A stretch of 63,944 nt of DNA, counting the filler, from Piptocephalis cylindrospora (taxonomy: Eukaryota), in NCBI GenBank assembly GCA_003614145.1. It is 4 parts of 4 records of this genome, joined end to end, with 100 filler letters (N's around TTAATTAATTAA, not from the genome) between each part and the next. Parts side by side here need not be neighbours in the genome. Positions count along the whole stretch, not along the records: positions 16,734 to 33,153 come from KZ987868.1; positions 33,254 to 49,643 come from KZ987869.1; 2 more parts are not named here. One strand, 5' to 3'. Positions 22,662-35,770 of this stretch are shown here, in pieces. Each line of letters opens with the position of its first letter. Position 1 is the first letter of the stretch. Both the position numbers and the translations under genes were made by a program. The notes under the pieces were generated by a model, which searched no databases, was not told the origin of the DNA, and worked only from the letters and a program-made list of their open reading frames with translations.

Positions 22662-24831
22662 ATGGGTACAGGTAGACGACGATCACTACGATGGCAGAAT
22701 GGCTCGAGGACCAAGCCAGGACCAGTCGCCCCCCCAAAGAAGTCCTTGAAGTTTCCCCGGCCCAAGGTCCTTGTGGCCGATCTGGTGGTGGATTGCGTCT
22801 TAGTGGATAACACTGCATTCAAACCCCGGCAAAACCTCTCTCTCCGACCACGGAGACATCTGACTTGTTTAGAGAGCGAGGAGGAGGAGGAGGAGGAGGA
22901 GGAGGAGGAAGTGGACGAGACTGATGATGAATTGTATACTAGTAAGCTTAGGACAAGGAAAAAGAAGCCAAGCTATCGATTAAAATCAGCCAAAAGCCTA
23001 CGCTTCACTCACCTGGATAGACAAAGGGAAGAGAACGATTTGTACCAGCTGAGTGAATCCACTTCAGAAGCGGATGAAGTAGATAGCGAGGAAGAAGCCA
23101 AAGAAGAGAGGAAGAAGCGTCTAGAGCTATGGAAGCTCCATCGAACCAGGAGGCGGGCAGCCTGGTCTGACGACGATGTCATCCCAACAGGAAAAAATGA
23201 TGAGACCGGTAGTGATCATGAGTATCAAAGGGTGGTACTTAGACCTTCCCTTCTGGAGACGTCCTCAAAGGCCAGAAAGACGAAAAAGCACCCTGGTCGT
23301 TCCATCCTGGCCCAGATCCAGAGCGCCAACTCAGAAACTGAAGAGGAGTTCATACGGGACAAACGAAAGGACACAGCGGATCCTGTTGAGGTGGAGGATA
23401 GCGAAATTTCGGAGGATGAGATGAGCTACATGAACAAGAAGGGAATCCTGAAGCAAAGAATTCGAGGAAGGAATAGCATAACCTTTTCTGATCGTCGAAA
23501 AAAGGCTCAACGCCATGCCATGTTACGCGGTATGGGGAAGGACATCTCCTCAACAGATTCTAGCTCAGAGGAGGACGATGCAAGTCAGTCAAATTCTGAT
23601 GATCCTTCGGACGCGTTGGTCGACGAGGATCATTTCATCGTAGAGGAGGATGAAGAGGATCTTGCCTCTCAGAAGAGTTTACTAGAGGCCCAGGGTATGA
23701 TCCCCAGTAAGTCTACTGGGAGATCGGCCTTGCTTTTATTTAATATTGTATCAAAAGGTATAGAACTGACAACGATCCCCCCCCTTCAATTTTACCCTGC
23801 TATTTTCCAGGTCAATTCCGGCTGACCAACTCTCTACCCATGGAATCTTGCCTGCGCATTATCATTGAGGCCTATGTCATTGAACTGCTCCACCCAGGGT
23901 TTCTCCAGAAGATTGACAAGGAAAACAGTAAGTGCTTTTAGGCAAGCTCAAGCTTAGAAGGGCATGTATGGGCTGAGCTGGAAGTCATCAGCATAAACTC
24001 ACCCTCATTCCTTCCAGTTGTCACGTATTGCTCAGCCATGGAAAGTTTGGATCGTCGCTTGGATGGGGTGCGCGATAGCTCCATTGCTAGTATGGGCTGG
24101 ACAAGTGAGTTTAAGGTAAGAAATATTCTGATTCATGGTTTATCTCTTCATCCTAACCCATCCACTCACTCTTCTTCTTCATCGTCTCCCCTCTGTAGAA
24201 TTCACTGGATGCTAGCCCCTTTCTCGACGTGGAGTACGATGTTCATAACGCAGATATTGTCTGTGAGGCCTGCCATTCCACCAAATATCACATCACCATG
24301 TCGCTTACCGTGTGCATTGACCCAGTGCACCCTCGATATTTTCACGCAAGTACTTGGGTTTTGAGGATTGTGAGCTCCAAGCGGATATCATCCCATTTCA
24401 CCATCTCTCTAAACATCCCTTTTTCCTGTTCAACAGCATATAACCGGAAAAGGATCGGGAAAGGTTTACACCTATCACACGGGGAAAGTATGTGGAAATC
24501 GGGCTTACCTCTACCACACCTTCCGTCATTATCGGTACCAGCTCTTTATTCACATCCGCAGCTACATTGACAAGCTTCTCAAGACCAAGAAAGGTCGAAA
24601 GCGCTACAAAACCTCCAATGACATCCTTTCTTGCTTTCGTAGACGTGGTTATATGGAGAGGGTAAGCGATGAGCTGGAGAGGTTACCCTTACGGCGCATG
24701 GGGAGCACGAGAGAGAGACAGTATGGTCAAGGCTAATTGTACATCTTCCTATGTAGTGGACTGCACACTTTCAGCATGTTCTTGATCAATGCACCCGATA
24801 CTCGGTGGATCGTCTAGATCTTAAAATGTAG
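22662..24831 (+). CDS. Acidic/basic disordered protein with a C-terminal DUF4211 (CCDC82-like) domain, multi-exon
   Basis: Long acidic first exon with poly-Glu. Later exons read ESLDRRLDGVRDSSIASMGWTSEFK, CEACH and CGNRAYLYHTFRHYRYQL. The last exon ends TAG 24831. Confidence 0.7.
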
Positions 24832-25322
24832 GAAGAGGTGCGGATTCCTTTCGGATAGAGAGACAATGACTTCAGTCTACCCTTTTGAGAGAACAAGGGT
24901 GCAAAAGTGGAGCGAATTGACATGTAGATGAGTGATGTATAGATACTACCGTAGGCGCCACTAGCCACTCTGCTCTTCTTATCCTCTTACTAGTGGCAGT
25001 TCAACGTAGTAGGCTAGCAATGCGAGTATACATGCACGTATGTCTTGATCCCTAATCGCGTCAGAGATAAGTCCTTCTAAGCGTTCATTCAATAATGACA
25101 AAACAAGGGAAGAGGATATGTTATTCGAGGCAAGCCCTTGATGCATCGACGCGTCACAGCGGAGATGGCGTGAGCCACACACGACCCCACATCGCGTACT
25201 GCACACATTAGACAAAGAAATGAGATGTCAAGGATGTTTATCCTAACCACTCCTCCTCCTTCCTTCTTTTCTATTCATCGTTTATTCTAGCTCATTAGTC
25301 ACATCCTGTGCTCGCCCTTACC

Positions 25323-27808
25323 ATGCACGCCAAGAGACCCAAATTCACCTATGGGGGAAGAAGACACAAGGCGCGATCAGGCCAAACTCCTACACGGCCT
25401 CAATCCGTAGAGGACATTTCTTTTCTATCTGATGAGGAAGAGCAACAGGAAGCACATATTCTGGACACGTCGAGGAAGCGAGTCAAGTCAACTCTTACTT
25501 ATAGTCCTACTATCCCATTGGATTTACGACATGGAAAAGTTGGAACTTCCTCTGTAGGCCTCAAAGAGCAAAAGGTTAGTAGTGAATTAGACTTGAAGTA
25601 CTGTACCTTTTGAGTAGCTCCATTAATACCTCTCGACCACCTACAAACGGATCAGGAAATTAAAATAGATTTAAAACATCTTCCACTCGATACCGCTCCC
25701 AAGGAGCGCTCCACGCCCATCAGGGCTATTCGTCGTTCAGTGGGCATGACTTACGGTCAGAGTAGGAGTATCCAGCAAGTAGACTTCTCCAATCATGCCT
25801 CTTGGTCTTTCGAGGATAAGGATGAAGAAGAACTCATGGAGGGAAAGGAACAGAGAAAACCAGGTGTGCTATCACATCAAATTATTCGAAAGCCAGCTCC
25901 TGCATCTTCCCCCTTTCAGGTTCGTCTATTGCTGGATATAAAGTGACGAGAAAAGTACTTACCAATTGTAATTTTTCTACAATCTCTTTATCCTCTAAAA
26001 ACATTTATAGTCACTTCACGATCTAAAAGAGTTGGGAGCCATTCGTCGATTTCAGGGGCAAGCACGTCAGTATAAGGATGATCTTCATCCACGGAACGGA
26101 ACCTCATTTCGTCGATCAGTGTAGGCCATCTCCTCTTTCGCCCATCCCTACTGCCTCTTATTCACCCCAATTTAACACACTCTAGGGTATTGAGGATGGT
26201 GCGATCTGCCTGTCAGTCCAACTTTTTACAACGCTGCCCTAGTGTCCCCGAACTACTGTCCTCCATATATCGATATATCTTTACTTCAGATGACAAGGTA
26301 AACAAAAGGATCGGTACTATGAATTGCTTGTTGCGCGATTTATCGCCCCATTCTTACCTGCTCTCCTAACCTCTTGTTAAAATTATCGATAACCTGTCTG
26401 TCCAGGGCATCTCTTGGGCTGCAGCCCTCTTCCTCTGTGTAACCCTTAAGAATCCCCTGTCTAGCTCGATGGTCCTAGAGGATTCTTATCTGGAAGCTTT
26501 TCTCATCAGCACTTTTAATGTCCCATCATCCAGTAATGGGTCTTCAACGGATCAAGAGTACCAAGAAATGGAAGCTGAGCTGAGAGACTTGGCGGATAAG
26601 TGTGGTCTCTTCCCCCAAGGGATGATCCTATCTATTGATTTATTGGGGCTTCACGCCTGGGCACAAATTAGCCGTGAGGTTTCCCGAGTCGAAGGGTCCG
26701 CATTCAAAATACCTTGGCTTTATACCACGAGAAGCCAGGAGGTGCTGATGTCCTTGATCCGGGCATATCTTGGGGCCTATCGGAATCGGGAGAGACATGG
26801 GTGGAAGGTGGAAGATGACCATGACCAAGTTGCAAGGGAGGCCAAGGATATCTACGCTCCTACTATTTGGCTCATGGATATCCTGGAGGGTCAATGTCAT
26901 ACACACCCTTCTGACCTAGCTAGATGCCTTTTACGCCACCCAAAGACACTAATGGAAATGGTACGCGGGATGGAAATTTCATCGGTAGTGCCACTCGTCT
27001 CAGCAACATCAACAGCTTCCATCCACCTCAACCTACCATATTGCATGGAGCCACCTGGCTTTCTCGGCTATCATTTGGCTTTTGTCTCTGCCCTCCTTCG
27101 CACCTTCCTTGTTCTGTCAGAAGCGCATTCTTTACTTCTTCTTGGTCTTACTCGAGTAGGTGGACTGAACATGGGTATTGATCTCCTTGATACTTCCATT
27201 CAAGCTCACCGGAAAGCAGCGGATAAGGATATCTGGGGTGATGTAGCTCTCTTGGCCTCTGCTCTTCTCTCTCAGATGTTTCTCCGTGCTCTGGAGGACG
27301 AGGCGGAAGAAAAGAGTGATGAGAGAATAAGGGGCGAGCCTGGGCGTTCAATTTTTCTAGGAAATGCACCTACTCACAATCCCACCCTTGAGATGGGTCA
27401 GTGGAGACAGATCATCTCCTTTGCTCACTACTGCAGCCTTTCTTCTTTGGTAAGTACTTTTCAATAACCTTGTCTTAAGTGAAAAATCCTCATTTGCTCT
27501 TTGTCTCCTCTCTATCATGGATACTGGAATAGGATGGGAGCCCGATGGGATGCACCGAGATGATGGCCCATTTAGCCATTGTACTTGGAGCCCATTGGGT
27601 CCATCAACCATTGCGTAAGGAAGAGGTGCGACAAAGCCTTTCTTCTTCCTCCATACGGCATATCTCTCATGGTTTAGTGGGCTTTCTGGAGAAGCAAGGT
27701 TTGTTATCCTGTGATGATGGTATAAAAGATGATGTGATATTGGAGCCCCCTTCCTCTACGACCCATCCACTCCTCCTTATCTATCATGAGTGGAAGGGAA
27801 TGATATAG
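25323..27808 (+). CDS. WAPL: WAPL/Rad61-like cohesin release factor, multi-exon
   Basis: SLHDLKELGAIRRF matches the start of the fungal WAPL domain. The C-terminal MMAHLAIVLG...EEVRQSLSSSSIRHISHGLVGFL matches the last helical repeat. The disordered N-terminus contains TYGG and TYGQSRS. Confidence 0.7.
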
Positions 27809-28121
27809 TCTGGGAGGATCCAAGGGCATTAGGGAAACTTTCCCTCTTCATCTTCACTGGTAGCACATACTGTAGAATGTGAGTGTTAAAGTATCAACCC
27901 TTTCCTTTTTATGAAGAGCAAAGCAGTGCCAAAAGTGAAAAGGACTAAGCTGCCCCCGCTTCTATTTACATTATAGATATACCCTTTTCCCCTCTATGAG
28001 ATGACAATAATTCTGAAAGGATACCCCGATGAGGCTAAAGAAGGATGACGAGCTTGCAGAGTTGAGAAATGACCCAGACAAAACTAACGTCGTCATTGTG
28101 TGCTGTAGATTCATCAGGAGA

Positions 28122-31100
28122 TTATCCTAAAGTAAGTGACTCTTTCATCAGCCCCATCCACCAATCCCCATATCCGATGCGGTCGACAATCTTGGCCGTA
28201 CTAGGCATATTGGATAATTGGTCCCCACGCAGAGGTGGAGGTGATGGGGATGAGTAACCAGAAGTGGAGTGCTCCATGGGTATGTGATCATCTTCCTCTT
28301 GGTCTTCCTGGGATTCTCCTTCTGGTCGACCCGTCGTGTACATACGAGTATCGGGGATTGGATGTTCCCACCATTCCCCCGGCACTACACCCTCCTCGAT
28401 GAGCTGGATGTTCACCAAAATGTCCTCGACGCGACTTTCATCGGTCACCTCAGCCTGGAGTTGATCCTGGATGAATTGCTCCATCCGTAAGAAGACGGAC
28501 ACTTCGTCCTCGCCCCAATTGAAGCTCTTGTTTAGGATAAGGCGCAATGGCCCATACTCCCGGCGAACAGCCAGCGACCACATTTTTTCGTCAATTTCCC
28601 GATTATGCAAGAGGGTATGGTGCATAACTCTCCATAAGTGCCACGGGACCCACGTGTGGTCCTTGGGGGTAATGCGGGAGTGGACTGTGGGGGCGCTTCG
28701 ACCCCGCCGTTGGAGCCATGGATGTCTCCATCGGCCTGGCTGAGTGTCTTCGGTCTTGAGGAAGAGATAGAGAGCTACACAAGGATACCCTCGAGTCCAT
28801 TCAACAATGTAGGCGTACAATCGTGCCTGTTCCAGCGGCAGAGGCTGCATTTTCCTAATGAGCTGGTTCACAGCGGCCCTTAGGCCCTGGCGACACGCGT
28901 CACCACCAGTCTCCAGGCAAGGGAGAAATAGGGAAAGAGGCGCGTTTCCCCATCCACCATCGTACCCACACCAAAGATTATGTAACTCCTGGAGGGTACA
29001 CCCTGGTACAGAAATTGAAGGGAGAGAGTGTGGCTCTCTGGAAGGAGCGAGAATATCCAGGGAATTCTGGCTTCCTGCGCGAAGGATCCAGGCAAGGACT
29101 CCAATCTTCTCAGCTGACTGGGGCTCTATAGTTATGGATCCTCGTCGAGAGCGCCCCCCACTCTCCATCGTTCTCAGAGTATTCGCAACCCGCTGAGGAT
29201 GGGAGTAAGATGTCGGGGAGGCTAGCCCGTTCTGTTGAGTGCTCAAAGCCAAACTGTACCAATGGTCGAGACCGCTGAGCATCTCTGACTTTCTCGCACT
29301 CATTTCGACGGAGAGCCTGGAGGCGATGGAGATGGGATCGTGAAACTCATATCCCAGAAAGGTAAGGGCGATAATCTCGGCGTGCTCCTGAATGGTAGAG
29401 CACAGAACAAGCACTCGACCCTGACGGTGAAACTCAATATCTGAGGATGGTGTGTTCCTTTGGAAGCGGTGAGCAGGACATAATCTGACTACGGATGAGG
29501 GCTGGAGTATTTGGGGGAGGAGCGCGGCAATACTGGAGATGGATCGAGAGAGGTACGAGGCATTTCCCTGGTAAATCCTCCTCAATAGTCGTCTCCAGGT
29601 ACTGGGATCGGATTGGCTACTCTCTTTTGTGCTCTCTAATCCAGATTCTGCGTGTTGGGCTGATGAAGTGGACAAACGACTCACTTGCCCTGGAAACTGG
29701 ATAGGATCGACTCTTTGACACTCTGGACAATGAGTCTGTCTGATATCTGTTTGAAGGGGACGATCATGGAGAAAACCTAGGGATTTGGGTGCAATTCCTG
29801 TTTCCTTGCTGAGGGCCATGGCTGCGCGAATCATACGATCAGGTAAACCTTGGGAAGTCAAGGGAGTAGAGGGGGAGAAGAGGAGAGGGGTGGGCAGATC
29901 GTCCGATTGATCAGGAATGGAGGTGCTGGGGATATAGGTGCGTCCTCTTGCCCTATCATCATTACTCTCTTGTCTTTCTTGATCACCTGTCTCTCTCACT
30001 TCCGTCTCACTGGACTCAGGATCGGTGGCGTGTGGCTTCTTCCAGGGGAGGGAAAAGTTGATCCTCTTTTTCATCTTTGCTTCTAGTTCAGCATCTTCGG
30101 TCTCCCATGCCGTGAAGAGATGGCCAGTATGCTGGGAGATCTCAGTCCAAAAACGGCTCGCACGCCATAGCCATCGAAACTCCAGGTCATCTCTCTGAAT
30201 AGTTTGTCTCCAAGGGTCCTCTGGGTGATTTGGATCCTGGATGACTTGACAGGGTAGGGTCCCTTTAGGGGTAAGGAGAATACGACCGGTAAAGTCGAAT
30301 CGGGCCAAAGCCAAGGAGTTGACGTTATTCTTTGCCCTGGATTGGACCTGGGAGCGTCTCCCGAGGAGGGCAATGATGAGGAGAAAGACGCAAGATGCTC
30401 CGAAAAAGGACAGAGAGGGAGCGAGGAAGGGCTTAGAGTCATCTGCGGTCCAAATGACATATCCAAATATCGGATGATGCTTCACGGGCGAATTGGGGTA
30501 GTAACGAGTACCAATTAATGCAATGAAGAATGAAAAGCACGTGAAAATGGCCATGAAAATGGAAAGGCCCAACCGCTTCCATCTATGGCGTATCCATATG
30601 GATTCGGGAGATTTACAAACAAGGTGAAAGAAGCCAGTAAAGGTGATGATCGAGGTGAGAGTGCACAGGACAATGGACCACCAAGTACAGCGATAGGACA
30701 TGTTACGCATGTACAACTGAGAAATGTAATGTTGAACAGGGATACAGGCACCTGCCAGCAGTCCCATGAGGATTGTACGATGCAAAGTGGGCTTTGGATA
30801 GGCTGCGGCCATGACGGTAAAGGAGACGATCATACATACGATTATGATAGCGAGGGCACCAAAGGTAAATCCTTCATGGTGATGGATGTGGCCATAATCA
30901 TGGATGATGATGGTCTGAGAAGCGCCTATCAGATTTAGAAGAGGGATGATGCTGAGTGATCTGACTCATTTTCCCTTCTCCCAAAGGCCCAAGACGACTC
31001 TCACCTACCCAGATCCGCGGACCATACTGTTACACACGCCATGATGAATGCGGATGCCCAAACGAGAGAGTAACTAAAGAGGCCATGTCGTGAGGTACGA

Positions 31101-31201
31101 CAGCTCAAAATGGTAAGAGAGATCCAGATACCGATGAATCCGGTGGTGTACACAGCCACCACGCCTCCCCCACTAACTGATTTGGAGGGATGAGAGTCCA
31201 T
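28122..31201 (-). CDS. MHYT-type membrane signalling protein (multi-TM N-terminus plus long cytosolic region); intron 30926-31008
   Basis: About 7 hydrophobic helices in MHYT arrangement, then LALARFDFTGRILLTPKGTLP and FRWLWRASRFW, recalled as typical of fungal MHYT proteins. The intron splices in frame (DLG|ASQTIIHD). Confidence 0.72.
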
Positions 31202-33153
31202 GAACGCAGAGTTGATAATATCGATAGGTGACGCAAAGGGTGGAATGGATGGATGGGTGAGTCTAGTAGGGATCGTGGGAATAAAGGATGTTTCAGGAAA
31301 AGGGCTTTGCGCCAGTGGCTCGTATACTAGCGTACGTAGATGAGAATGATCAAGGATGATAGGGAAAGAAAGAATGGAAGCCCTCACTTCCTAGGACGGT
31401 GAATTGTTAGAGAGGAAGACTAAGTTCAGTGGTATCACTGGAACTAGGCGGCCAATCTTTTAGAAAGGGGAGGAATCTAGCCGTGGGGACGGCAGGGGGG
31501 CGTTTTCATGCGAATAGAGGTGCGAGGGTACTTTTTTTAGAGCGCTAACGGATCCAATGGGGGGACCAGAAGCTGACGCCAATTTTAGGACAAGACCCCC
31601 AGCCTCCCTTATCCCAATGCATATGTCCCTTGGTAATGTGAGTAGCAAGTATGCATCTGTCTGTCTAGTGATTCAGGGGTCAGGTAGAGAGGGATGGGAG
31701 GGGGGAAGTTGGATGGGATATAGCCAAAAGGCTTAATAATAATGCTCTATAAGGCCTTATGGGGCAATATAGTTAGGCAGAGCCATATCATCTGAGGCGG
31801 AGCACTATTCCACGCCACGGCAAGTTGAATATTCCTATAAAATACTAATCAGCATGTAGGGTGAGGGATAATCAAGGGTGTCCAAGCAAGCACCTCTGTA
31901 GCAGATTATTGTCCGCAAATGAATAGTCCCTCTCATGGATGGTGCCTTGTTCGCAGTGGAAGCTGAATCCATTTGGAGGAGGAGAGTTTACGAATGTCGA
32001 AACCAAAATCACAGCATCCTTATTCTTGTAGACACAAGACCTTTCTGCTTGTCAACCACACCGACCCCAAAATCTAATCATCATATATTTCATTTTCGTC
32101 CCCTCTTCCTAAAATTAAACATCACATTGAACATTTTTCTCTAATCCAAGCGACTGATTCCTGAGGACCGACACGGACATTCCTTTCGACTGAGTTTTGA
32201 AAGGGTCTTGAAAATTACTCCGCGTTGCGAGAGAGATCACAGCTATTTGGATGTGACATCACACAACTTACTAGATACACAGATCCAGAGGGTGACGGGA
32301 CCTTGGGCAGCCAATGATGCACATAGGAAATCACGAGCTTGCGAGGAGCTCATGAGTACCACGATGAAGCCATCGAATGGGGGTTAGTTTGGAAGTTTAC
32401 TGGCCAAATCTCTATGTTGTACCCTCCCCCCTTCCCCAATGAACGGACTCTACCATAAATGATGCCATTCCTCGTAAGGATTACATGAGCTAGCTTAACG
32501 GTGGTGTAAAGATGGAGTATTTATAACAGGCGGCATGCCAGGCCTAGTACACGCCTTTCCATCGGCTTACTGGCTTGGATGAATTGACTGTCTTTGAAAC
32601 GCAGAGAAGAGTGACTTTTTCCCATATTATTATTATTAAGGACTCCTAACATAGGCATCCAGTGTTGCATATACCTCTTATTCTACTGGGTCCCTGGGCC
32701 TGTCCCAGATGCCCCGAAAGGTCCTATCAAGCCGTGAGAGAATTTTCAACATACCTTCCAGACCTCGCTAAATTGGGTGTAGCGCGAGACAGCCGTCCCT
32801 TATTTAAGCTGAGGGGATGGGGAAGGTTCAACAAGATCAGAGTCCCATTAGTAAAACATCCATCAATCCCTCTTTCTCTGAAGACAGCCACCTCCATACG
32901 ACTATACTTTTTACTGCTTCACTAAGCAGCCTTACAACCATCACGACACTACTGCTGAACCTTGTTCGCTTTTCACTATCTTTTAAATAGCCAACTACCC
33001 TTTCCCCCCAGTGAACTCCTTCCCCCCCCCCCCCCCCCCTTCCCTTCCCCATGGCCCGTTTACACTCTCTTTCTCTTCTCGCGGTCTTTCCCATCTTTTT
33101 TTTCTCTTTGTTTTTTTTTCTCTTTTCTACCACCATGAAAAGGATATACGATC

Positions 33154-33253
33154 NNNNNNNNNNNNNNNNNNNNNNNNNNNNNNNNNNNNNNNNNNNNTTA
33201 ATTAATTAANNNNNNNNNNNNNNNNNNNNNNNNNNNNNNNNNNNNNNNNNNNN
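33154..33253. other. Assembly gap spacer
   Basis: 100 N with the TTAATTAATTAA linker; both flanks show homopolymer-rich, low-quality-looking sequence. Confidence 0.99.
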
Positions 33254-33479
33254 CCTTGCCCGTGAGGTCCTCCGTCTCCGTGGCACCATCTCCCGTGAGG
33301 AGAGCTGGATGTCATGTACGATAAAGAGACCACAGAGGGGGGGGGGGGGGAAGGGGAAAAAAAGGGGTTTTTTGTTGGGGGGGGGAAAAGGGGGGAACCA
33401 AAAAGAAAAACACCCCCTCGCGCACACCCCTTTTTCCCCCTCCCACCTTCCCCTTCCCCCCCCCCTCGCCCATGCACAG

Positions 33480-34047
33480 TGTCGTCGAGTTCCCTACGCG
33501 TGAGGATATGGATTACGCTCTCCGCAAGCTCGATGGTCGAGAGTTAGGTGGAGAAATCATCCGTATGTTCGAGGAGCCCGGTGCTGCCGCTGGTGCTGGC
33601 CCTGCTGCCGCTCCTCCCCCTCGTCGGGAATTCCGTCGCCGATCCTACTCCCCTGGTCCCGCCCGGTCCCGTAGCCCCGGTCCTCGTGAGCGTATGCCCT
33701 ACCGCCGGGACGATTCCCCCCGTGACCACCATCGTCCTCATTATGGTCGTCGGGACGATTCCCCTCCTCCCAGAGAGAGGTACGGTCGCCGTGATGACTC
33801 CCCCCCTCCTCCTCCTAGGGAGGATGGTCCCCTTCCCCCCGTTGGCCCTAGGGGCGATGAGTCCCCCCGTGGTCGGGATGCCGGATACGACCGCCGTGAT
33901 GACTCTCCCCCTAGGCGCGGGGATTCTCTTCCTCCCCGCTCCTCCTCCCCTCGGGATCATCGTGAGTCCTCTTGGGATAACCAGCCCCCACCCGGCGATG
34001 CTGCCCCCGGCGTCATAGAGTCTGAGGGCGCTTCCTCTGATCACTAA
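33480..34047 (+). CDS. SR-family splicing factor (SRSF/Srp2-like), last exon; 5' part lost in or near the gap
   Basis: After acceptor CAG: VVEFPTREDMDYALRKLDGRELGG (end of an SRSF-type RRM), then RRRSYSP, RSRSP and RRDDSP repeats. Confidence 0.85.
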
Positions 34048-35770
34048 ATCCGATGGATCTCGCCCTTTAGCAGCGCCTGATGATGAGGCGATGATGGTGT
34101 AATAAGGGGGGTGGGAATGGGAATGGAGGGAAGACGGGGGTGCATCCGCCATCCTATCGTCTTGCCGTTTTGCTCTTTTAACGAACTGTCGTAACGCATG
34201 GGTACATGTACTCATCCCCTCTCTCTTCCTTTCCCCCTTTTTTGCTGGTGGATCCACTTTGACCAAACTCTGTTGAACCAGAGCAAGATGAATGAAGGAA
34301 AAACGCACTATTGCGTGCCATATCTTGGATGGTGTGCTTTTTTTTATTGGCAGTGTGGAATTCGCTCCTACTCCCCTCCCCCTCCCCCCTTTTCATACGA
34401 GCTATACTACATGTCCTCATCCGTACTAAACTCATATTGATACTGTAAATATTTAGCAACAATAAGGCCAACGAGATGCTAATAATGGTCATCACCACTA
34501 AATGTCAGTGCCACTTCATGGTAGTTCGATTAAAAGTGGACCTAGTAGTCGCCCTTGTTGGGGTATGGTTCGTACTAGGCTCCACCTGATCTCACGCTTC
34601 GAGATGGGGACCATGATGAGGCTAGATAAACCCGGGACTTTAGAAGCACCGGGAAGACAGCTAAACGGGTCTTTGGATCCCTTATAAAAGGATCCAACAC
34701 GAGGAGGTGTCATCCCACTTGGGGCTGGAGTAGCTTCGCTTATACTCGTGTTCTAATTTACTGCACTAGATGCCGTGTAATCGTGGGTCATTAGAGTACT
34801 TGGTCTTGTCACTCCTTCCATCTCTCTCATCATACATCTCATCAATACAATCTTTTCCATGAGCGAGATGATGACCCTTCCAAGAGGGGGCATGACTCCT
34901 CTAGGCACTCAAGCTATCAGGACGTGAAGACGCCAAAGTACTGGGCCGGGCATATAAGGAAGCGGAGATACGACTTTCCAGTCACTCTTCCCCTATTTAA
35001 GCCCTACTCGTCCATGAGGTATCGAGCCTATCCAATTCACGCCATCTGCTTTATTTACCCCATCCACTTAAAGGCGAGGATGAGGAAAGAGGGAAAAGAT
35101 CCACGTGTATTCTTCCATAGGGCAAAGTCGGTATCGTCTTCCTAGTTCCCCAAGTAGCACCGCCCCAGTATTCTCCACTTTCAATGCCCTATTGGAAGAT
35201 GGGACGACTAATTTAAACCAATTTTCGTCTACCTATCTCCGTGTTAGAGAGCTGCAGTGGAGTCACAATACCTAGACGTGGCTCCTGTCGACTGGCCTAC
35301 CCCAAGTCCGTATCACATGTAGAAAAGGAGCGGAGTCGATATTGGACACTCAGTCGATACCTTCTTCCAGAGATGAAGAATGTCCGGGAAGCTCTTCCTC
35401 ATTTGACTGTTTCATTCACGATGTGAGAAAGTCTCATCTAAATCGTTGAGCCTTCCAAATCTCCTCATTTTCCCTAGCATATCAATGAAATACAAGTGCA
35501 TCTCCGGTCCCATCTCCATCTTCCGTAATGCAGAAAGGGAAGGTAGGATCGTTGCATCTATAAAGCCTGGCCATAAACAAGGCCCATCTCAATATCACCC
35601 CCTCCCTTCACACATCCATCACGATCTGTTTACGCTGCTCACGCCCCTCATTTCTCACTCCTACTAAACGCCTTCGCTTCCCTTTCTATTAAGCGCCCCT
35701 TACTCCTCGCCTATACCGACGCAACGCACTTCTCATCCTCAACGGGCATTCCTCACCTTCTCAATTCCTC

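Noticed and set aside
18069..27808. CENP-P and WAPL on one contig as a chromosome-segregation cluster
   Set aside because: Separated by unrelated genes; two housekeeping genes within 10 kb is unremarkable in a compact genome.
10266..32828. AAGCTGAGRGGATGGGG(C)AAGGT at ~10266 and ~32806
   Set aside because: Short purine-rich match with no extended similarity, terminal repeats or target-site duplication.
33000..33470. Extreme G/C/A/T homopolymer runs as G-quadruplex candidates
   Set aside because: They flank an assembly gap and look like low-quality contig-end sequence.
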